Below are positions 38,829-48,900 of a stretch of 64,000 nucleotides of DNA, piece after piece. Under the pieces are notes generated by a model that worked only from the letters and a program-made list of their open reading frames with translations, was not told where the DNA came from and made no database searches. Position 1 is the stretch's first letter, and each line of letters starts with the position of its first letter. The translations under genes were made by a program, and so were the position numbers. This stretch comes from Antechinus flavipes. Lineage: Eukaryota. The stretch spans positions 73,098,001 to 73,162,000 of the forward strand of contig NC_067401.1 in NCBI RefSeq assembly GCF_016432865.1, read 5' to 3'.

Positions 38829-38867
38829 GGGACGGGACGGGACGGGACCGGATGGGACTGGACGGGG
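38829..38867 (+). repeat. (GGGAC)n pentamer repeat, seven units with some degenerate
   Basis: GGGAC GGGAC GGGAC GGGAC CGGAT GGGAC TGGAC GGGG. Confidence 0.95.
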
Positions 38868-39289
38868 CAGCAGGTGCGGGATCGTTTGGCCGAGGAGGTT
38901 ATTTCGGCAGCCACTCCGGGCAAAGCCGCCCTCCCTTGCTTCCCCAAATCCCACCTTCTGGCCCCAAGCCTGGGAGATCCCCCAACCCGGGACGTCCCCG
39001 GGACCCTCAGCCGGAGTGTTCCCGGCCCCTCTCTTCTCCCGCCCTCTCTAGTCCGGAACGAGAAGTCAAGGTCCCCTGCATCCGCTACTAGACTTTGAGG
39101 AGGCTGGGAAGGGGAACTGTGGGGTTCTGGTAGAGTGCCATAGGGCAAACCCAACGGATGACTGCGGAACCTCGTGGACCCCTATTTACCTTTCCTTGCC
39201 AGTTTCGTGGGTGTGTTAATGAACCCCCATCGCCCGGGGCCACCCAGTTACCTGTGCAGGCTGCAGGGAGAGCGGTATCGGCAATATTC

Positions 39290-39455
39290 TTCCCCTTTCC
39301 TCCCTCTCTACTCTTCCCCCTCTCCTAATTTCCTTTTTTTTCTTCCCCCTTTTTCCTTCCTTCCTCCCTTTTCTTTTCTCTCTTCCTTTCTTTCAATTCT
39401 TTTCCTTCCTTTCTCCCTTCCTCCCTCTCTCTCCTCTCTCCCTCCCCCCTTCCTT
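39290..39455. repeat. CT-rich polypyrimidine tract running into the assembly gap
   Basis: Nearly pure C/T. CT-rich sequence resumes after the gap (39698-39730). Confidence 0.95.
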
Positions 39456-39697
39456 NNNNNNNNNNNNNNNNNNNNNNNNNNNNNNNNNNNNNNNNNNNNN
39501 NNNNNNNNNNNNNNNNNNNNNNNNNNNNNNNNNNNNNNNNNNNNNNNNNNNNNNNNNNNNNNNNNNNNNNNNNNNNNNNNNNNNNNNNNNNNNNNNNNNN
39601 NNNNNNNNNNNNNNNNNNNNNNNNNNNNNNNNNNNNNNNNNNNNNNNNNNNNNNNNNNNNNNNNNNNNNNNNNNNNNNNNNNNNNNNNNNNNNNNNN
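39456..39697. other. Assembly gap (242 N)
   Basis: Run of n characters, flanked by CT-rich low-complexity sequence. Confidence 0.99.
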
Positions 39698-39779
39698 TCT
39701 TCTCGCCTTCCCTCTTCCTTGTTTCTGTTTCTGAAGCCCCCTTGTTAGTCTCCAAAAAGCATTTTCATCCTGACCTGGG

Positions 39780-40070
39780 ATATGATCTCTGGGGCAGCTT
39801 GGCCTACGCAAAATGTGGAGCGTGGGACCAGATTCGCCCATTTCCCCTCTCGCCTGTTAGAAATCCGAGCGATTCCCAGCAGGAGTGGGGGGGGGGGGAG
39901 AGAAGGAGGGGAGCGGCGGAAGTTTCCTCTTAAGAAAAACCGTGCGTGGCTCCCCCTGCCAGACGACCGGGGCTGGGAGAGCCCAGCTGTGCATTATAAA
40001 TCATTACCTAAGGACCGATTTGATGGTGCTGAAATGAACTGTCACTTTTGGTGTGCACCCTATCCTATCC
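39780..40070. promoter_or_regulatory. Distal shore of the CpG island, right of the assembly gap
   Basis: CpG still elevated. ETS-type GCGGAAGT at 39916-39923 and TATAAA at 39995-40000. Confidence 0.5.
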
Positions 40071-41801
40071 TAAACGTTTTGGGGCTGTGCACTTTCGATT
40101 TTCTATTTGGGGGAAGGAGAGAAAGAAATCGACAAGCCTCCCAAACTTTGTCTGGCATATCTCAGCAGTAAGAACCTACCTCGTCGGAAAAATGTGCTGA
40201 AAGAGCAGATTTCTGAAATAACACGCATTTTTTTTTTTTTCTGAGGAAGAAATGGTAAGATAGAAATGCACAGATGTTGATATAAAATTAGAATGTCAGT
40301 TGAATAGTTCATTTCTTAAACAGGAAATATTTCCATTCTAAAGTGTCTGTTTTTTTGAGGGGGAAATCCTGGTGACCCAAGTCACAGCTAGGAAGCAGTA
40401 GGAAATGTCATCCCTAAGGTCAGAGCTTAAAGGGATTTGAGCTGTCCCTGCATTTTATGCTGGGGATGGAGGCCTAGACATGGGGGAGTTTGAGTGATTT
40501 GCCCAAAGTCTTGTCATACACTTGGATTGGGACCTTTGGCCCTAGAGCATTAGTTCTTTCCATCCTAGTACACTGCCTCAGGTGATGTCCTATAGGATCC
40601 AGAGCCCTGGGTTGAAACTGTGCCAACCCTTGTTAAGTCAGTGCCCCTCTTAGTTTTCTCCTCTGTAAGCTCAGTAGGCTGAGTTAAAGTGTCTGCTAGT
40701 TCAAAATCCAACCAATTCGATAAAAGACATTTTTGCATATGCAATAATACATTTTTGAAGTCTGCATTCTGTCAGTTAACAAACATTTAGGAAACCCTTA
40801 ATTCTATGCTAAACTCTGGGCAAACCAGATTCTCAGCCCTCTAGGAGCATGTATTCTAATGAAGGACACCACATGGAAATAGGAAAATCAAACTCTATAC
40901 GGAACAGATGTTTGATTTAGAAACTGAAATGTTACAGAAAAGATAGTCCAATTTTGGTCCGCTATCCTGGCTAGATGATGAAAAGGGCTCCATGGGAATC
41001 TGGGGAGAATTGCACAGACGGTTTTTGTTCAGTTGTCTGTTTGTATAGTTCAAGCTTTACCTAGAAGTCCTTTGTAGGTCTCTGATAGTCCTGGCTACCA
41101 TTTTTATATTTTTCTTCATAATCTATAAATACTTTGGTTTTGAAGTCAAATAAATGGTAGGAGGATCAGCACAGAATTATATGCCAGTTTAATGTGGAGA
41201 TCTTTTATAATTGGAATGTCTTGAGGAAGGTATATTTTGAGTTAAACTGAACAGGGGAATATTCATATAGAAAAATATATCATGAGTCTCTTTCTTAGTT
41301 TGCTCTGAAGACCAAGTACCAGGTGAGAGCTGGATTGAATGCCATATTTGACTTTACTTAGTTGATGTATGACCTTGGGAAGTCAGACCTGCAATGAATG
41401 TGCCAGGTACTGTATTAAGTTCAAGGCATACGAAGATTGAAATGAAATGGTCCTTGCCTCTCAAGGAGAGTATTCTAATAGTGGAAGCAACCTCTACAGA
41501 GATGTGTATTTATAGTATTTAGACAAAATGAATCCAAGATAGTTTAGGGAAGGAGGACACCAGGAAAGATCTCATATGGAAAGCGGCACTTCAGCAAAGC
41601 TTTAAAAGAAAGCAGGGGATCCAAGAGGTGGAGATAAGGAGGGAGAATGTTTCTGGCATGGGGTCCAACAAGTGCAAAGCACCAGAACTGGAGGGCTGTT
41701 TGAGCAACAGAAGGGCCAGCTTGGCTTGGAGTACCTGAGCTTTATCCCTTTGGTGGCCTGGTAGAAGATGGTTTACTGTGTGGAGAGACTGCAGGCAGGA
41801 A

Positions 41802-42090
41802 TGTAGAGGGCCAGAACTCTGGAGAAATATACTTGAGACAAGGTATTAACTCAGTGGAAGTGATGAGATGGTGGTTCTCTAGTTCACATATATACTTAGT
41901 ACTTAGTGTGGTTATGTAATGGTTCTCTAGTTTACACATACATAGTATGCTATAATGATGTAATTGTAATAGAGTATATTAGGGCTAAGAAGGACTGGAA
42001 GCTACCATCCTGGCTCTCCTCCCTTCTGCATTCCTCCACTGAGACCAAGGCTCTTCCAGAGGACTTCCAGAAAGCTATCCGAGACATTCA
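41802..42090 (+). mobile_element. Solo ERV LTR inserted into an L2 in intron 1
   Basis: Starts TGTAGAGGGCCAGAACTCTG, like a marsupial LTR family I recall, and ends ...GACATTCA. Flanked by CAGGAA (41796-41801) and CAGGAG (42091-42096), a 6-bp TSD with 1 mismatch. Internal repeat TGGTTCTCTAGTT occurs twice; TATA-like TATATTAG at 41975-41982. The L2 sequence is continuous across the insert. Confidence 0.7.
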
Positions 42091-43582
42091 CAGGAGGAAC
42101 AAAGAGGAGGTGAGAGGCGATGAGAAGTTGAGCTAGAGTGGTTAGAAGGGGATCTTATAGGCCATAGAAATGTGATGGGAACAAGATTGGCAACTGATTG
42201 AATTATACAGAGTGAAGGAAAGAGGATGAGATTGAATTCCTTCTTCAACTTGGACTCTATTTTGTTCATTAGAGTGGTAACTAGTTTTTGTGAACATACC
42301 TCTTCCATTTATATGCCTTGTCCAATGTTTATTGTCCTGGAGTCTTTAAGTGGGGTTATTTTCTTTCAAAGAAGTTTGAATAATTTTGATGGAGTGAATG
42401 GTAAAACCCAATAAAACTTCCTTAGTGAACTGTGTTAATTACTGGAAATAAAAATACTGACTAGGCAGACAGATGATCCTACTCAAGGAATTTACATTTT
42501 AATAGAGGGAGGCTAACCCCTAAAGGAGCTGCAAGCTGAGAATGGGTTTAAGGATTCCTAGTTTGATAATGGCCAGTAAGAGCCTGAGCTGGTATAAAGC
42601 CCAGCATCCCAGCTCTAGAAATCCTAGGTTCTTTAGGAAGAGGTAGAGGATGAGGGCCAGTGTTACAGAGGCCTTGATAAAGTTAGAGATGACTGGAAAA
42701 AATTTGTAAATAATAAAAGAGTTTTTGTAGAGATCCATTGTTGTTAATGGGCTCTCCATTGCCTTTTTTTGGATATTAATAAGGTGTGTGGTATCTTTTC
42801 TTTCAGAAAACTTATATACACCAGTCCTTCAACACCCTCAAAATTGTGTTGTCTCTAACATGAATCTCTTCTCGATAAACTTGGTCAATTCTGATTGCTT
42901 TTCTCATCTTTTTTCTATAGGGGTATTTTTGTCTCTTTAATATATTTGATGGAGAAAATGATTTGTATTAATTTTTATCAAATTAAGTCTCCCATATTAA
43001 ACAGATTTAATTGGAGCAAAATCACATCATTTTCACATCCCCAAAAAGGACTTTTTCATTCTGGAAAGATGAAGTCTAGAAGGAGGAATGTGATATATTC
43101 ATAGAGGGAGGAATGTGATATATTCATTAAATGAGCAATATTGGGTGAATATAGATACACTCACCATTTTAGGAAGTACTAGATTTTAGGTCATTCCTAA
43201 CCTTGAAAAAAGGGGGTAAACTTCAAGATAAAAGAGACACATTTTACTATAAATAAACTTTGAGAATTTTCTATCCCAAGAGAGCATCTAAATTAAAGAT
43301 TAAATAAAAAAAAAAACAATTTAAACAGATTGATTACCCATTAATAGATGTTATAGAAAAAATAGAGTTACTTTAAAGGTCAATATGGATGCTTGAGGTT
43401 CTGATGCCTGAAGGGCAACTGTGTCTTCTCCCAAAATACTTTTTTATTCTCAGAAGAAAAGTACTGAGAATGTAAATCAAGTTCTCATGAATTTGTAACT
43501 AATAATTGTCTTCTTTTCTCTTTAAGGTTTTCCATTTTCTGTTACCAGAAGGACATTAACTGAAAGCACTGCAGCAATTGGG

Positions 43583-43844
43583 ATGTTGCGGCAGAACGGT
43601 GGAAGTAACAAGCGTGGTCTATCATTTGCCCGATTTTCTCTATGTAATCTTTTCCCTCTTCCTAATTCTGGAAACTGGAGGATGGGGCACTGCACCAAAA
43701 GCAATTCTTTGAGCAGCATAACTTCCAACCCAAATTGCTGTAACAGCCCCATTATTGATCCAGAGTACGTGAAGCAGTTGGTCAATGATGTCAGAAGGTT
43801 TGCGGAGTTGTTGCTGTGTTTGAAAGAAACCATCCTTTCAGAAG
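43583..43844 (+). CDS. ARHGAP29: First clear coding exon of an ARHGAP29-like Rho GTPase-activating protein (ARHGAP29/ARHGAP45/GMIP family); partial, gene continues beyond the window
   Basis: Encodes MLRQNGGSNKRGLSFARFSLCNLFPLPNSGNWRMGHCTKSNSLSSITSNPNCCNSPIIDPEYVKQLVNDVRRFAELLLCLKETILSE. The C-terminal third aligns without gaps to human ARHGAP29 IFDPDYIKELVNDIRKFSHMLLYLKEAIFSD (recalled). It ends at AAG|GTGTGT (donor 43845) in phase 1, at the place where I recall the human exon-2 intron falls. Acceptors with pyrimidine tracts lie upstream (exon starts 43527, 43549, 43552), and the ATG has G at -3. The symbol marks the nearest named homologue; orthology is not established and a paralogue is suspected. 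Confidence 0.88.
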
Positions 43845-44499
43845 GTGTGTATGAGCTATTTTGTCTTATTAGCATGCCAAGATAACAGATCTGTATAACT
43901 AGTTATGCTTATGTGTATCTAGCACTAATAGTAACAGAATTTCACTTCAATTATTGACTGTCTGATTTATTAATACTATTTTTTTCAACATAATTGATAT
44001 TTAGTGGTACTTGTAACTTTGGGATTCTTCCTTACTCATTTATCATGTAATCTCTTTCCCAATTGGACCTAATATAATACATTAAGGATAATTGGAAAAT
44101 CTAAGGAAGCTAGAAGAGAATAGTACTCAACCTTCAGATTTGCTAGTTTGAGAAAGGGAAAATTTGAGGGCTTTGTAGTTTAATTTTTATAAATCAACTT
44201 CAACTCAATTCATTGGACTTTAATAGAAGAATGTTTTTATAATTCACAAGTGAGTGGTTGACATTTTAGCCTTGATTCAGTTTCTCATAGTGTTAAAAAT
44301 TCTCCATCATAGGATTTGAATTACCTTCTTCCCAAATTAGATTAATTTCAGTCTAGCTCTTGACCCATCCATTATTATATCAAGGTACAGTCAGAAGTAG
44401 TTCCAGCCTTTTACACAGGAGGATAAAAATGATTCTTAAGATTTAAGTCAGGAAATCTATCTTGGGAAAAAAAATCAATATTTTCATCTGTAAAGGATT

Positions 44500-45340
44500 T
44501 TACATGGAATATACATTGCTATAAAGCAATTAACAGGCATTTTGTCAGGGCCCTAGAATGTGTAAAGGCACTGAAATGCAGTAAAAGTACAAAGTTAAAA
44601 ATAAAATTGTTCCAGCTTTCAAAGGGCTTACTCTGTATTGACAAAGGCACATCACATAAAAAATTTGCAAACATAGATAATATAATTTTGAGAGAAATGC
44701 ACTACCAATTGTGTAATTAGGAAAAGCTTCATGTAGAAGGTGTTGTTTGGCAGAGGTTTGAAAGAATTAATAGATTTTAAAAGTCAGAGGTATGGAGGGT
44801 GCACATTCCAGACATGTGGAAGAGAATGAGTTAAAGAACAAAGGGATGGAATGTTGTATGTGAGAAACAACATAAAAGCCAGTTTGGCTGGATTGTAGAG
44901 TGAAATAATGGGGAAGCTGGAAGGGAAGGCAGGAGCCATGTTGTACAAAGGGCTTTCAAAGACAAAAGGGCATTTTTATCTCATTCTAAAAGTAATAGGG
45001 AGCTACTGAAGGCAGAGAACAGAATAGGGGAGTGACATGATCAGATGTGTGAATTAAGAAAATCCCCTTGGCAGCTGTATAGAGGATGGATTGGAATAAA
45101 GAAAGACTTGAGGAAGAAGGCTAGAAAGTTATGGGGACAGGTGAGAAATATTGAGGACCCGAATTAGAGAGGAAGGGGTAGGCAAAAGCAGAGAGAGAAG
45201 AGGATGAATATGAGAGATTGTGGGATGAAAGTGGATTAGATTTGGCAAATGATTGGATGAGAGAGAGAGAAAGAAGTCAAGGAGTGTGCTGAGTCTGTGA
45301 CTGCAAGAATGAAAGCAGCTTCAGCCAAAGAGGAATAATT
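44500..45340 (-). mobile_element. L2 fragment
   Basis: Purine-rich antisense L2 (GAAAAGCTTCATGTAGAAGGTG...CAGTTTGGCTGGATTGTAGAG...GTAATAGGGAGCTACTGAAG...GAGTGACATGATCAGA). Confidence 0.8.
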
Positions 45341-45671
45341 TTGTGAAGAAAGATACTGTGATATAGTGGAAAGGATGGTGGATATGCATTCAGAAGGACT
45401 TGAGTTCAAATCCAACCTCATACTCTTGCTAGGTGTGATCCTAAGTACGCCACTTAATTTCCATAGAGCTGTTTCTTCATCTATAAAATGAGGTTAAAAT
45501 AATTTACTTCTAAGGTTCCTTTAGCTTTAAAACTATGATTCTGTGTTCCCATGAATTCTATTTTGTGCCTTTTAAATTTTCGATGTTGACAGGCCTGTGA
45601 TTCAAAATGGCCAGTGGGCAATTGGAAGTGGGTGACTAGCACTCAGGAAAGACGATTCTTACATTTATTGT

Positions 45672-45900
45672 TCTTCAGTTGCTGACTTCACAACTGAACC
45701 CATTTGGGGTTTTCTTGGCCAAGATACTAGAATAGTTTGCCATTTCCTTTTCTGCCTCATTTTAAAATGAGGAAACTGAGGCAGGCAGGGTTAGGGACTG
45801 GTCCAGGGTCACAGAACCAGGAAGTGGCTGAGGCTGTTTTTAAATCTCAGGTCTTTCTGACTTAGGCTTCCTGACTTCCAGGCTTAGGGCAACTGCCCAC
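45672..45900 (-). mobile_element. MAR1-type CORE-SINE
   Basis: ACCCATTTGGGGTTTTCTTGGCCAAGATACTAGAATAGTTTGCCATTTCCTT...CATTTTAAAATGAGGAAACTGAGGCA. Confidence 0.85.
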
Positions 45901-48900
45901 TTATCTACAAGATATGATAATTGAACCATTAATGAACCTAATAACCTAATGAAATCACTACATGACCCAGGATAGAACCAAGGTGACAGTCTCACTCAGC
46001 TATCTTGAGGTAGAGACTGAATCATTGGTGGTGGTGAACATGAAGGCTCACTCAGAGAGGTGGGAGGATAACCAGGGCATAGCAGTGTCACTAAATCCAG
46101 AGGAAAGGGTGGCCAGCAGCTTCATATACCAGAGAAGAGCAAGAATAGGGGAGGAGGAAAGGTGGTTAAATGTGACAGTTTAAAGCTGGATTGCTAGCTG
46201 ACAAATGACTATTAAATTTTTGACAAAATAAAAATTTTGACAGATCTGGGAAAGGGGAACCTCAGAGCAGAAAGCCTTGCTGACTGATGGTGACAAAGGG
46301 GAAGCCTCAAAGAGCACAAGAAGTGTTCCCCCTTCCAGAACCTGTGTGCCATGGAATTAGAACAAGGCGGGCCAGGGATGCCATGTTTTATGAGGGAGCA
46401 GGAAAGGAGGGAGGAAGAGGGACTTATTTTTGTTGTCTCATTTTATGGGTAATGAGTTCTCCTGAAATGAGTGATGGTAAATTGGAATATCTGATTAAGC
46501 TTATAACTATTATTTTACCACCTACTCCCCCTTGTCCTTTTAAATTCTTCTGTCCTTAGTTTAGTGATGGTAAAAAAAAAAGTTTGATAACTAAAAACAA
46601 AAGCAGAAGATCTGGCTTTTAAAAGTAATTTATTTCTACACTTCAGATGGTATAGGATACATGTAGGGAAGATCTCATAGGATCATAGATTTAGAGCTAA
46701 AAGGGATCTTACTCAAAGACTCTGAGTGTCTTGTCCAGAGTGGCACAGAATAGAACAATTGAGATGAAATTTGAACCCAGGTCCTCTGGCTCCAAATCTA
46801 GTTCATTTTCTATTTTATAATGTTTATCAAAAAAGTAATGAAAACCAAACCACTTTAGTTGATAAAATATTAAAAGGTTCTTTATGATTGTGAATTGTTG
46901 ATTCAAGCATTTGTTTTTTGGAAAAACCATCTGCAGAGAAGTTTATCTTGTGCTGATGCTTTTGGGAAAGGAATACAAGATAGGTGTTAACTTTCCCATT
47001 GTTTTAATAGCTTAATTTGGAAATCTGATTGTGATTGATCAAATGGAAACATTGTTGCCTTGGAGTGTACTTGACCCAGATGACATTGATTGGCAGCATC
47101 TGAGACAAAGAGTTGAAAGAAACCCTGAAAAGTTTCCTATCTAAGTCTCTTGTTTGAAAGCTAAAGTGTGGAGAGATGCTACTCAGGGACACTTTTGTGA
47201 CTCCCAGGCTCTGGGCTTTGTCCTCTACCAGCAGGATAGTTTGTCCAATTATTATCTCTCTTTCTGTAGGAGACAGAAGTTATCACAGGGCTTATTCTTA
47301 GCTGACTTGTGTGTTGGGATTTTTAATATTTTATTAATTTCCATATAAAGTAAAACTTACTTGTGTCTAAAGTATTCAGTTTTAGCCAATATTCATCAAA
47401 TCTGAAAGGGAGAGTATGTATAAGTTGGTTACTTTTACATTTAAGACATTATTCTATCCTTTGTTTCCTACTTGCTTCCTTTATCTTTAATCACACATTT
47501 TATAAGTAGAAAATGCTGATAACTTAAAACTAGTTGGTATGTTACTAATCACTAAAAGTTTTTTTTAAATGGTTTTAATTCTTTGGCAGTTCAGAAAATA
47601 AGATGGGTGAGGATATCTAACTCTAATGGAAGTGGAAATAAAAATGTAATAAATAGAAGTTAGCAAGAGGAGACTATTCTAGGAGATAAAAGTATGATAG
47701 TATAGAAACATGTTGAGTAACTGAAATTTAATTTTTAAAAACCCTTAAGGGCAATGTAAATCTTAACTGCTTGATTATATCTCCAAGAAATAGGACTTCC
47801 TGACAATTACCCTGAAATTTATGACAAGTGAATTCAGAAGAAATGAAAAATTGGTAATCAGTTATCAGTGAAGACTTTGGTTGGAGTTTATTAATATAAA
47901 AAAAATTATTAGCTATTCCTGTTCCTTTTATTAAAGGTGGGATTATTCTTGTTTTGTTTTTTAATGACTCTGCAGTGAAAATATGAAATGTGTACCTTTA
48001 AGAAATGTCTCTTGCCAAAATCCATGAATTAATTTCAGGATCATTGGGGTTTGGGATATCTTATGATGGGGTCCTGTGGGACTTTTTACTTGATATGGCT
48101 TTTTTAATACAAGATATATTTAATAATTAGAGTAGACAAATCACCTTCTGAATGAGAGAGAAATCTTAAATGTGGATTTGGTTTTAGCTTTGATAACGTA
48201 TTTCAATTTAAAATGTCCTTTTCAACCATTCCTCACCTCACACTATTTATTGTGAGCATCAAATGAGATAACTAAAGAGCATTGAAAATGAAAAGTAATA
48301 TATAAATTTGATATCGAGCCCCTTATCAACCTACTGTACAAAGCTTTTGATTGTGGGAATATCATATAATAAATCGTGGTTTCAATTTGGATTTAGTGAA
48401 GGGAGTCAAAATAATTGGGGCCAAAGGGACACTTTAATGTTTTGTTCTTCTGTCAAGAAATAGAGAACAATTGAGTGGCCATCTCCTATTTTTTCTTTTT
48501 CTCCATCTTTTATAGAAAAGATGTTCTCATTTTCACAGTGTGTGTTTTTGTTTGAAATATTTTAATCCTTTAGTCTAGAGATGAGCAGATAATTATCAGT
48601 TTATGATATAATTGAAATAGTCTCTTGAATACTTGCTTTAATGTATTTGCCCTTTTTACTCATCAGAATTTTAATTGACATTAATTTTGAATCATGTTAA
48701 TAAGGATCTTCATATAGCTTAATATCTCAAAGACTTGATTTGCATTTAGATTTTCTTTGTAGACTCCCAGAAATAACAAGAGCTCTTGAATTCTGTTTAA
48801 AATATAGTCTTATAGATTCTATTTCTCCATAAAATGACTCCATGTTAGAAGGAAATTATCTTTTGCCCTTTAAAAAAAATACATTGCTTTCTTTGGGATT

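Larger units (their letters stand above)
38020..39290. promoter_or_regulatory. CpG island / promoter of the ARHGAP29-like gene
   Basis: Abrupt switch from CpG-depleted AT-rich DNA to very GC- and CpG-rich sequence. GC boxes at 38341-38350 (GGCCCCGCCC), 38368-38376 and about 38398-38405. CCAAT boxes lie upstream (37928, 37983, 38088). Confidence 0.9.

Noticed and set aside
38101-39154. Many overlapping 74-186 aa ORFs on both strands in the CpG island
   Set aside because: Long ORFs are expected in GC-rich DNA because stops are rare. The peptides are Arg/Pro/Gly/Ala low-complexity, resemble no family I know, and cross the exon-1 donor.
39174-39841. ORFs of 120-186 aa containing X runs
   Set aside because: Artefacts of reading through the CT tract and the N gap.
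40246-40254. 9-nt micro-exon between a T-tract/GAG acceptor and the 40255 donor
   Set aside because: GAG is the weakest acceptor class, and the T-tract is a simple homopolymer. The donor is kept only as part of the alternative-promoter hypothesis.
43522-43875. 117-aa antisense ORF overlapping the coding exon
   Set aside because: Shadow of the real plus-strand exon; no family resemblance.
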